IMG/VR virus record: IMGVR_UViG_3300045996_002337
Location: 124,001 to 188,000 of that record
Length of the DNA: 64,000 bases
Reading direction: 5' to 3' (one strand)
The notes below the pieces were generated by a model. It did no database searches and had not been told where the DNA came from. It saw nothing but the letters and a program-made list of their open reading frames with translations. Positions 53,969 to 61,748 of this stretch are shown here, piece by piece. Position 1 is the first letter of the stretch. The number at the start of each line of letters is the position of its first letter. Both the position numbers and the translations under genes were made by a program.

Positions 53969-54763
53969 TTAGCCCTGAACGATTGGCGCACCTTTAAACA
54001 GCGCCGCTACACCATCAGGTTGCTTAGACAGCCAGATGTCAAGCTGATCGATAAATGATCGTTCGACAGGTCCAGTTGGCCGGTGCTTTTCCGGAATCTT
54101 CGCGAGTTGATCTTCAGTCAGCATGCGTTCTTCGCGAACCCGGCGAGCGAACGTGCCGCGCTTGAAGAAATACGGATAGTCGTTGAAGTTGATCCCCACC
54201 TTGAAAAGCATCTCCTGCATCTCAGGTCCGCTCTTGTGCTGCAGTTCCTTGTGCGAGAACATAGATTGGGCCGCCATGGAGATGGCGTTCTTCGTTGCAT
54301 CCTGCTGGCGCCAAAGCACGCAGTTGTAGGCCTCAACGAGGTTAGGAACCACGAAGGCCCGAGCATCGAAGATTGGAAGCTGATCGGCCTTCTCAGGCAG
54401 GTGGAACTCGAGCTGCTTGTTGAAGTACGCGGTGGCGTAGGAAGCGCACAGCGACTCCATCTTCTGGATGCGCCCGTTGAACGGGTAGTCAGCGCTGGAG
54501 AACGAGTCCTCGTAGAAAACGAGGGTGATTTCATCCGACTGAGTGTAACCAACGATGGAACCCATGCGGTCAACCAGCGCCTTCATCGTCTCCACCATGA
54601 GGGCGCTCAGCCGTGTATCATATGGCCGCTTGAGCCCCTTGGTGAAGGTGTGAAAGGACTTGCCATCCAGTCGCACGATCAGCGGTTGTCCCTTGAATGC
54701 TTTTCGCGAGGTCGTAACGGCCTCGTAAGATTTCATCCGATCACCTAGGTCGTCCATGCTCAT
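53969..54763 (-). CDS. thg1: tRNA(His) guanylyltransferase Thg1-like 3'-5' polymerase
   Basis: RMKSYE, RLDGKSFH, YTQSDEI, FDARAF, WRQQDA.KNAIS. Confidence 0.92.
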   Translation of the reverse strand: MSMDDLGDRMKSYEAVTTSRKAFKGQPLIVRLDGKSFHTFTKGLKRPYDTRLSALMVETMKALVDRMGSIVGYTQSDEITLVFYEDSFSSADYPFNGRIQKMESLCASYATAYFNKQLEFHLPEKADQLPIFDARAFVVPNLVEAYNCVLWRQQDATKNAISMAAQSMFSHKELQHKSGPEMQEMLFKVGINFNDYPYFFKRGTFARRVREERMLTEDQLAKIPEKHRPTGPVERSFIDQLDIWLSKQPDGVAALFKGAPIVQG

Positions 54764-55005
54764 TTCTCCACTCCACATTTAATGCCCACTGCGGCGATTC
54801 CGGCAGTGCCATTCCATTCATTTCTGATTTTTGGGGCCAATCCACCACCTTCAGATACTAGGTAAACGTAGCCGTCGTAGCAAACTTCATTAAGATTGAT
54901 AACAGGCCTGGCAGCCGCCACCTTTGTTACCAGGTGCGCATCTTCATTTTTCTGACCACACGCCACTAGCATCAGAGCTGCAACCACAGAAATTACGCGT
55001 TTCAT
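54760..55005 (-). CDS. Putative lipoprotein
   Basis: MKRVISVVAALMLVAC. Confidence 0.6.
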   Translation of the reverse strand: MKRVISVVAALMLVACGQKNEDAHLVTKVAAARPVINLNEVCYDGYVYLVSEGGGLAPKIRNEWNGTAGIAAVGIKCGVEK

Positions 55006-55499
55006 GATTTCACTTGCTTGATAAGTTGAACCAACTCCATGATCAACCACACCTTTGGTGCAAACCAGACCAAGAGAAATTCCTTGAGGTGGGCCATCGT
55101 GATGATGAAACCCACAGTCATTCCGAGAAGGCCCGTGGCTACTGCAAAAATTCGTTGGCCGGCCCACTGATCAGCGAAATCGTTCTCGGCATTTTGCACG
55201 TTCTTGAAGCCGTATCGATAGGCAATCATAAAGAACCCGATGAAGAACGCAAGACCAAGAAGAATCAGCCCAGTGTTGTAAGCGCGACCGAAGGCCACGT
55301 ACTGGAAGGCGATTTCAGGGATTTCCTGCGCAACGGCTTTGCCACCTTCGACAGCGAAGTCGGTTGCCTTCGAGACGGCAGACCCGACTGAAGCAAAGAT
55401 AGCATCGGCCCGACCGAGGAGCTCAGCCTGCATTGGGGAGAGACCCGAAGCCGGGGCAGAGGCGGCAACAGCCGCGGCGGCAGCTACGTCAGACATCAC
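55002..55499 (-). CDS. Membrane protein
   Basis: 2-3 TM helices. Confidence 0.6.
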   Translation of the reverse strand: MMSDVAAAAAVAASAPASGLSPMQAELLGRADAIFASVGSAVSKATDFAVEGGKAVAQEIPEIAFQYVAFGRAYNTGLILLGLAFFIGFFMIAYRYGFKNVQNAENDFADQWAGQRIFAVATGLLGMTVGFIITMAHLKEFLLVWFAPKVWLIMELVQLIKQVKS

Positions 55500-55822
55500 T
55501 TACCTTTCACCGTTTGTTCGAGACCTTGCATCGCATCGATGAGATCAGAAATTCGATCAAAATCTTGGCCGCTCAAGCCATAAAAATGTTGAGCGCAGAG
55601 CTCGATGACAACTCCGAGAGTGATTCGCTCATTTGCCTGCGGGCTTTCAAGCGCTTCCTTCAGCCAAACTTCACGTTCAGCATCTGTGAGCTCTGAAAAA
55701 TTGGGAGTTTTTGCTGGCGCAGACTGCTCGTATTGCAAGATAAGCTCATCGAGCTGGTCGGCGAAACACGCGACCTCGGGAACAGACCCAACGAGGTCAT
55801 AGTGAATAGTCAAAATGGTCAT
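55496..55822 (-). CDS. Hypothetical protein
   Basis: MTILTIHYD start with AGGA RBS. Confidence 0.5.
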   Translation of the reverse strand: MTILTIHYDLVGSVPEVACFADQLDELILQYEQSAPAKTPNFSELTDAEREVWLKEALESPQANERITLGVVIELCAQHFYGLSGQDFDRISDLIDAMQGLEQTVKGK

Positions 55823-55823
55823 C

Positions 55824-56150
55824 TTAGTCCTTGAGCTCAAGGCCGTGGCGCTCAGCCAGGTCGGTGCGGCGCTGATGAAAGTCGATGAACTTACCATCGA
55901 CGCGATATACCCAATCACCGGAGAGCGGGTTGCCGCGAGGGGTGAGACCATACTCACGTTGAACAGCGTGAAGTTGATCGTCGGCGACCGCGTTGTAGCA
56001 GTCATCAGCAAATTTGGTGAGTGTGATTTTCATGTTCCTATTATAACTAACCGGGACAGGTTGTACAACGGAAAATTGTAACGGGTTTGGCTGTTTGCAC
56101 TGATGCGAAGAATGGCCGCCCTGAAGGCAGCGAACGCAGATTTTCGTCAT
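55824..56150 (-). CDS. Protein with N-terminal CCHC zinc knuckle; nested in-frame start at 56033
   Basis: CVRCLQGGHSSHQC; internal promoter at 56040-56067. Confidence 0.55.
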   Translation of the reverse strand: MTKICVRCLQGGHSSHQCKQPNPLQFSVVQPVPVSYNRNMKITLTKFADDCYNAVADDQLHAVQREYGLTPRGNPLSGDWVYRVDGKFIDFHQRRTDLAERHGLELKD

Positions 56151-56197
56151 GCCATTTTCTCCTACAGATCAGCTTGCAGTTGGGTGTTCATAGATGT

Positions 56198-56226
56198 ATT
56201 ATACATCGTGAACCTGCGTTTGTACA
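56198..56226 (-). promoter_or_regulatory. Promoter TGTACA-N17-TATAAT
   Basis: Seen directly. Confidence 0.7.
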
Positions 56227-56394
56227 TCAATGTCTAGTAGAAGTGGGTGGCAAGATTGGAGCGTTCTTCTTGCGCGCGATGGCGTCGAACACCATTCGCT
56301 CGAGTTTACGCAGTTCCTTGTCGGTCAAATCCTCAAATGGAATCAATCCGTTCAGGGCAAGCTGAATACGTTCAGCGCTTTTCAGTTTCTTCAT
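56227..56394 (-). CDS. Small basic protein (55 aa)
   Basis: Manual translation MKKLKSAERIQLALNG... Confidence 0.5.
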   Translation of the reverse strand: MKKLKSAERIQLALNGLIPFEDLTDKELRKLERMVFDAIARKKNAPILPPTSTRH

Positions 56395-56665
56395 TTGCGG
56401 CTCTCTTTGCGGCTCGTTTTTCCATGATCGGGCCTTCGAGGTTATCAGCCACGAAGTCGGCGAAGGAGTGTAGAAGCTTGCGCGTAGCTTCTGGACCCAT
56501 CATTTCCGTGCCGCACGACCACTTCTCATGATTGTAGTGAAAGGACAGCTGTCCAAAACCGCAGCCCTTCCAACTCCAATCAAAGTAAGCACTGGCTGAA
56601 TGCACACCCTCGCAGGTAGGAGGGTTGTCCTTCATTGATGCAGAAAATAGGTCATTGATAAACAT
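56372..56665 (-). CDS. Hypothetical protein
   Basis: About 97 aa. Confidence 0.5.
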   Translation of the reverse strand: MFINDLFSASMKDNPPTCEGVHSASAYFDWSWKGCGFGQLSFHYNHEKWSCGTEMMGPEATRKLLHSFADFVADNLEGPIMEKRAAKRAANEETEKR

Positions 56666-57206
56666 TCCAATCAAAAGTTGAACCAAAAACGGGTGGCGTG
56701 CCAGCTCTCAAATCATCTCGAGCGCGCATCAGCATGTGTCCAAGCCAATTCGTTCCTCGCCACTGCGACTTGTCAAAGATTCGCTCATCTAGATGCTCCA
56801 AACCGACACCCCATTTCGTGTCGAGCGGTGAAGCTTCTACGATGATTTTATCACATGTCGAGAGCAAAAGATCACGCTCTTTAGCGTTCTGTTCAAATTT
56901 CGCGTAGACGCCTGGATACGTTAAATCGCGGGCGGCGCCGTCCCATACTGCGTCCGAGTAACCTTGAATTGAACGGCCAATGGCTTTCTGTTTGCGAGGA
57001 TCTGAAGTTGCCATAACACGCGTCGCGGCGTCTGCATCCTTAAACAGATCAGCCTTGACGCGCATCATGTATTGCTCTGACGTGTTGTACCGCTCAAAAG
57101 CACCGTCAATCTCAGCTTGCGCGGTAAATCCGATCTTCGCCCAATTGGAGAGGATGCCGCCCCAAAAGTAGACGCCAGTCTCGGTTTCAAGTTCCCATGT
57201 TTTCAT
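56652..57206 (-). CDS. NADAR (YbiA-like) hydrolase
   Basis: LSNW, SEQYMM..KA.LF.D, PRKQKAIGR, AKFEQN, EASPLD..WGVG, NWLG..LM. Confidence 0.92.
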   Translation of the reverse strand: MKTWELETETGVYFWGGILSNWAKIGFTAQAEIDGAFERYNTSEQYMMRVKADLFKDADAATRVMATSDPRKQKAIGRSIQGYSDAVWDGAARDLTYPGVYAKFEQNAKERDLLLSTCDKIIVEASPLDTKWGVGLEHLDERIFDKSQWRGTNWLGHMLMRARDDLRAGTPPVFGSTFDWNVYQ

Positions 57207-57224
57207 CTTTTCTTTCTCTTTCAA

Positions 57225-57248
57225 GAAGAGGCTCCTAGGAGCCTCTTC
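57225..57248. terminator. Hairpin downstream of Ro60
   Basis: gaagaggctc(c)/(g)gagcctcttc. Confidence 0.55.
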
Positions 57249-57252
57249 ACCT

Positions 57253-58881
57253 TTACAGGTTGGCGATGATCTGCGGTGCAGCTGAGTCGAAGCCTGCAAT
57301 GTCCAGCATCCCACCGTCCTTCGGATCAGCGATCGTGAATTCCGATACCGAGGTACCGATCACGATGGACTTCGCGAAGACGCCCGCCTTCTGACGGTAC
57401 TTCTTCAGTGCCTGCACTGGGGCTTGGCCGCCGGCGTAGGTTTCATTGTCCGTGATGATGACGAACTTGTCGACCGGGATGTTGTGCGCCGTAGCGTACT
57501 CGAAGGTCTTCGCGCAATCGGTTGAACCACCGGACCAGTGCATGTCACGCATTGCCTTGAGCGCTGCGTCGAGGCGCATCGTCGGGCTGATCATCAGCGG
57601 CTCGATGTTGTGCTTGAAGCCAACGATGAAGTGGTTCGGCTGGTTACGAACTGCTGCCATCGCCATCACTGCCGCAACTTCCGCTGCATAGAGGTTCGGC
57701 GAACCGTTGACCGTTGCCCCCGTCATCGAACCAGAGATGTCCACACCGACCATGTAGTTCTCGTCAGTGGTCTTCGACGTTGCGAAGGCTGCGTAGAACG
57801 CGTCATCGAGAGCCGACACGATCTTCTGGTCCGGAGACCAGGTCATCGAGCCACGTTCGCCATGACCAGCCGAGTACTGCTTCATCGCCTGCAGGATCGT
57901 GATCGGGTGAACACGACCGCGCTTCAGCGCTTCGGTATCGAGGAGCTTCGACACGACCAGCTTCGAGCCTTCCGACATCGGAGCAATCACGCCGTGAGAC
58001 GTCAGAGCACCGAGCTTACGGATCAGAGCCGTCATGCCCATGTTACGCGCGAGCGCGAACAGAACATCCTTGTCCTTCAGGAACTGCGTTGGCACCATTT
58101 CCCACGTGAGCAGGTCAGAGCCTTCGATCAGCTTGAGAACGGTCTTCTTGTCGTCAGCACGCTTCAGGTACTCGAAGTCAACGAGGACTTGCGGAACAGC
58201 GGCACCTTCTGGCAGCTCGCCCTTCACGGAGTAACGGAAGAGGTTCGATTGGATTTCAGACGATGGCTTGACGTGCGCCAGACGCAGAACGTCACGGTGC
58301 GCCCAGCCATTACGCTGCTGGTACTTCAGGAGCTGAACTGCCAGCTTGTCGACCGTCTTCGTGGTGTACCATGCGGCAACGCCACGCTTTGCAGCTGCGT
58401 TCCACTTGCCCAGCGAGTCGAGGATCGAGACGAACAGGAACAGCCACGTACCCGTACGAGCGACCTTTGGAAGGGCTTCGTACGCAGCTGCAACAGTCTG
58501 TGGGTCGCCGTAGACAGCAGCAATGGCCAGGGCTACAACGGCTGGGTCGTTCTTCGGTGCACGGCCCGCCAGCGAGTACTCGACGACGCGAGCAACCACA
58601 CGGAGACCATCTTCCTTCAGACACTTCTTGACGGTGTCGAACGACTTCGCGGTCGTTTCCTTCGCACCGACGTAGTAACCAGCTGATTCAGAACCGATCA
58701 TGAGGAAGCGGTCAAGCACGCCCCAATGGTCCATCGTGAACGTGAAGCCGCCCGCGTTGTTCAGCTTCATGTCAGCTTCGCGGCCAGGAATTGGCTGAGT
58801 CTGTGGCGTCGACACCTTGGCGGTGACCTTTGCCTTCGTGGAAGTCGAGGACGCGTGGTTCGTGTAGTTCGAAGATGACAT
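57253..58881 (-). CDS. rsr: Ro60/TROVE RNA-binding protein with vWA domain
   Basis: NNAGG, LDRFL.IGSE..YY, RTGT.LF.F, KYQQRNGW.HRD.LR..H, LIRKLG, DISGSM, TDNET, AGFD. Confidence 0.95.
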   Translation of the reverse strand: MSSSNYTNHASSTSTKAKVTAKVSTPQTQPIPGREADMKLNNAGGFTFTMDHWGVLDRFLMIGSESAGYYVGAKETTAKSFDTVKKCLKEDGLRVVARVVEYSLAGRAPKNDPAVVALAIAAVYGDPQTVAAAYEALPKVARTGTWLFLFVSILDSLGKWNAAAKRGVAAWYTTKTVDKLAVQLLKYQQRNGWAHRDVLRLAHVKPSSEIQSNLFRYSVKGELPEGAAVPQVLVDFEYLKRADDKKTVLKLIEGSDLLTWEMVPTQFLKDKDVLFALARNMGMTALIRKLGALTSHGVIAPMSEGSKLVVSKLLDTEALKRGRVHPITILQAMKQYSAGHGERGSMTWSPDQKIVSALDDAFYAAFATSKTTDENYMVGVDISGSMTGATVNGSPNLYAAEVAAVMAMAAVRNQPNHFIVGFKHNIEPLMISPTMRLDAALKAMRDMHWSGGSTDCAKTFEYATAHNIPVDKFVIITDNETYAGGQAPVQALKKYRQKAGVFAKSIVIGTSVSEFTIADPKDGGMLDIAGFDSAAPQIIANL

Positions 58882-58925
58882 GGTATTTCCTTTCAACGTT
58901 ACGGCTGCGCATGCAGCAAAAGAGA

Positions 58926-59235
58926 TCAACTCACTGACAAACAAAAGATGCAATTGGAACTTCAGGCCTCACTCTACGCTCAAAATTCCTTACGGCATGA
59001 GTTTCGAGTGCTCCCTACATCGGGCTTATTTCTGGGTGCGCCGATGACCTGCAAGGTTACGGTCCTTGAACAACAGCGAATTTTCGGATCGCTGCAATCT
59101 TATCCATCGTATCGCATGATGGCGGGCGTCTGATTTTCAGGCTTCTCTTTCAACTCGCGAAGAAAGATCAGATTCTCGGATTACAGAGTCACATGTAGTG
59201 GATAACCAATACGCGACGGTTTGTCAGTGGGTTGA
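58926..59235 (-). ncRNA. Candidate structured ncRNA (Ro60-associated) in the rsr leader
   Basis: 16/17-bp terminal helix plus nested helices; no credible ORF over most of it. Confidence 0.5.
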
Positions 59236-59442
59236 GTTTGAATTAGACCTAGAGAAAAGAGCGACAAATGATGGTGACGAAGTGGAGGTTCTGCTTTCGC
59301 TTTGCTCCGATGTTCCCAAAGGGAACCCTTTTCAGTTTGAAGATAATCGTCGACCGTTCGGTCACTTAGTTCTTTGCAGACCTTGTTAAGCTGGTCTGCT
59401 AATTGCGCTACAAGTTCTGTTGCAGCATCAATTTATATATGT

Positions 59443-59471
59443 ATTGTAAGCAGTTTGTGCGCGTTTGGACA
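59443..59471 (-). promoter_or_regulatory. Promoter TGTCCA-N17-TACAAT, followed by late-like TATAAATT
   Basis: Seen directly; defines a leader of about 550 nt. Confidence 0.6.
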
Positions 59472-59485
59472 CCTTTTTACGTAGG

Positions 59486-60031
59486 TTAAAGGTCCCTGGC
59501 GTAAAACAGGCCGTTAACCATTGCAAAGGTCTTTGTGTCGTCCTTTGGGAAAAGAGGGATTCCACGACCATCAAGACACGCAAGTGAATGATAGAAGTAC
59601 TTTTCTTCCTGACTTGTCTGCGGATCCATTACAACGATCCATTCGTGGATGTCCACGTCGCCGAAACGGCCGACAATTTCTTCAGAGCAGTCAGCTACCT
59701 CTGAGATACCCGCGACGCCGAGCGTCTCAAGTGCCTGCGCATGTTCTTCTGTTCCAACTTTAATCTCGCCGTTGCTAAGCGCATCATCAAGGTTGTTGAT
59801 GCCGAGTCGCATGTGTTCGGCTTCAAGATCTTCTTGTGTGATCACGGTTCCAAGATAAACCGCGGCAAGAGTAATGCTCGCGTAGTACGTGATGATCCCA
59901 AGCGGAATTAGAAAGATCGTGTACCAGAATGGAAGATTGAAGACGACAAGCAGGGTCGCAAGAACCATGCCAAGTGCCCACGTCTTTCGAACCCGCTCCA
60001 TCGTGGAGACAATACGCTGTTGTACGTTCAT
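59486..60031 (-). CDS. Membrane-anchored hypothetical protein
   Basis: Two TM helices plus acidic domain. Confidence 0.6.
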   Translation of the reverse strand: MNVQQRIVSTMERVRKTWALGMVLATLLVVFNLPFWYTIFLIPLGIITYYASITLAAVYLGTVITQEDLEAEHMRLGINNLDDALSNGEIKVGTEEHAQALETLGVAGISEVADCSEEIVGRFGDVDIHEWIVVMDPQTSQEEKYFYHSLACLDGRGIPLFPKDDTKTFAMVNGLFYARDL

Positions 60032-60047
60032 GATTTCCAATCGTTGT

Positions 60048-60209
60048 TTACCACACACCAATCACGTGCAACAGGACGATGCTGTTAAGCACGAGAGCGA
60101 TCATCGCACACACGGTCCTGATCACCTCCATGCGGTGGCTCCAGAGCTTTTTTCGCTTTCGCTCTGAAGCCTTCTCCGCTTTTTCCTGCTCAGTCATCGC
60201 CCGTGTCAT
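60048..60209 (-). CDS. Small membrane protein (53 aa)
   Basis: Manual translation MTRAMTEQEK...VCAMIALVLNSIVLLHVIGVW. Confidence 0.55.
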   Translation of the reverse strand: MTRAMTEQEKAEKASERKRKKLWSHRMEVIRTVCAMIALVLNSIVLLHVIGVW

Positions 60210-60802
60210 TAGTGCCCTCTTGCACGGATGTCATCCCAAACACGCGAATGTGTTGGAATAAAACCACACAGGTATTCCATCTGGCACGCGAGAACGTTTC
60301 GGTTCTCGAGAATCAGCGCTTCAGCCCAGTTCGGGGCGTACGGCACGTACAGGAGCTTCATGCCACATTCTTCCAGAAGCTGGTCATCCTTGTCATGGTT
60401 GCAGTCAAGGCACGCTGTGACAACGTTGGTCCACACGTCCTTGCCGCCGCGAGAAGTCGGGATCACGTGGTCGCGAGACAAGTGAGAATCACGGAACAGT
60501 CGGCCACAGTAAGCGCACAGCATGCGGTCACGGCGGAACAGTTCCGGGTTCGTCAGGGTCGGCGTCTTGTTCATCCGCTTTGCGGCACCTGGCGACTTTC
60601 CCTTGATAGCGATAATCGGAGCAGTTGTGATTCGCGACTGCGTGCCAGTCAAGCGGTTATCTCCACCACGGAAAAGAATGTCGCCCTCGCCTTCACCAAG
60701 CTGCCATGCAACAAGGTTCTTGGCGTGGTAAACGATTGCGTCCTGGTGGGAGCACCATTCCTTCGGTTGGCCCGAAGCGTCGAGTGTCAAAATTCTGCTC
60801 AT
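60209..60802 (-). CDS. HNH endonuclease
   Basis: RRDRMLCAYCG...DHVIPTSRGG...NVVTAC..CN..K. Confidence 0.9.
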   Translation of the reverse strand: MSRILTLDASGQPKEWCSHQDAIVYHAKNLVAWQLGEGEGDILFRGGDNRLTGTQSRITTAPIIAIKGKSPGAAKRMNKTPTLTNPELFRRDRMLCAYCGRLFRDSHLSRDHVIPTSRGGKDVWTNVVTACLDCNHDKDDQLLEECGMKLLYVPYAPNWAEALILENRNVLACQMEYLCGFIPTHSRVWDDIRARGH

Positions 60803-61254
60803 GATTTCCTCAAGATTTCTTCTAAGCGTTCCACGTATTTCACGTGGTCCTTGCGACCTTTTTGTTTGAAACTATCTAACGACATCCAAGTTGTGAACTC
60901 TGTCTCGTCACACCACTTGTCAAAGTCATACTTGTCCATGATCTCAACACCAAACACCGCGAGATCATAGGTGCCAGAATGAAGGGTCACCCTTTCATCT
61001 GCAATCTCAAACAACGGAAGACGCATGTTCCGTTGTTTGAAGCCAAGTTCTTCTTCAGCTTCACGAATCGCCGCCTGGAGCTTTGTCTCGCCTGGCTCGA
61101 TTTTCCCTTTCGAGATCATCGGACGTGGCCCGCCGAAACGGGGATCTGAGCTGACCATCATCAAATAACGGTATTGACCGTCATCTGCCTTCATGTAGGG
61201 GATGAGACCTGCTCGAGCCCGTTTTTCGTATCCAGTTTCGTCAATGTTGTGCAT
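60799..61254 (-). CDS. Nudix hydrolase
   Basis: Nudix box GKIEPGETKLQAAIREAEEELG; TATAAT-N6-ATG. Confidence 0.88.
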   Translation of the reverse strand: MHNIDETGYEKRARAGLIPYMKADDGQYRYLMMVSSDPRFGGPRPMISKGKIEPGETKLQAAIREAEEELGFKQRNMRLPLFEIADERVTLHSGTYDLAVFGVEIMDKYDFDKWCDETEFTTWMSLDSFKQKGRKDHVKYVERLEEILRKS

Positions 61255-61260
61255 GAAGCA

Positions 61261-61289
61261 ATTATAACCTGAAAAACCCGCTCTGTAAA
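61261..61289 (-). promoter_or_regulatory. Promoter TTTACA-N17-TATAAT
   Basis: Near-consensus sigma70. Confidence 0.75.
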
Positions 61290-61295
61290 CAAAAA

Positions 61296-61323
61296 CGGGG
61301 TCCTGCTTGTGAACAGGACCCCG
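61296..61323 (-). terminator. Intrinsic terminator
   Basis: cggggtcctg/caggaccccg followed by T5. Confidence 0.75.
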
Positions 61324-61426
61324 ACTTGCTATTAAGAGTGCTGTTCTTTTTAACGTAAGCGCGCGTCCATGCCCCAGGCATGAAACCCGGTGCATACCTC
61401 ATTCAATTTGATTGTTGGTTGTGTGT

Positions 61427-61561
61427 TCATACAGCGAAGATAAAGCGAAGAAATAAAACGTCAAGAACAATGGAATTCGGGATATCATCTTCAGGGATGG
61501 CGTCTACGTATTCGAGACCAAAAGACAGACCTTGGATGAGAGAAAGTGATGCGAGTGTCAT
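61427..61561 (-). CDS. Small hypothetical protein (44 aa)
   Basis: Manual translation MTLASLSLIQGLSFGLEYV... Confidence 0.45.
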   Translation of the reverse strand: MTLASLSLIQGLSFGLEYVDAIPEDDIPNSIVLDVLFLRFIFAV

Positions 61562-61599
61562 ATGCGTTCCAAAAGAAGGATCGTAACTTCTACTCTTAT

Positions 61600-61746
61600 T
61601 TATTCGTGCCGCCTTTCAGGTCCAACGTAACCCGGGTCAGGGCGCTTACGCCTAAACCCCGGCTTGGTACGCATGTAACCTACCAAGAGGACAACCCCGA
61701 CCACGGCAATGACGCCAATTGCGCAGATGACGCCGAGCGTGTTCAT
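61600..61746 (-). CDS. 48-aa membrane microprotein ending in YVGPERR
   Basis: Manual translation MNTLGVICAIGVIAVVGVVLLVGYMRTKPGFRRKRPDPGYVGPERRHE. Confidence 0.6.
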   Translation of the reverse strand: MNTLGVICAIGVIAVVGVVLLVGYMRTKPGFRRKRPDPGYVGPERRHE

Positions 61747-61748
61747 GA

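Noticed and set aside
59284-59308. GGAGCAAAGCGAAAGC hairpin resembling a c-di-GMP-I (GEMM) riboswitch
   Set aside because: Has a GNRA loop but lacks the GACGCAAA junction and the second conserved stem
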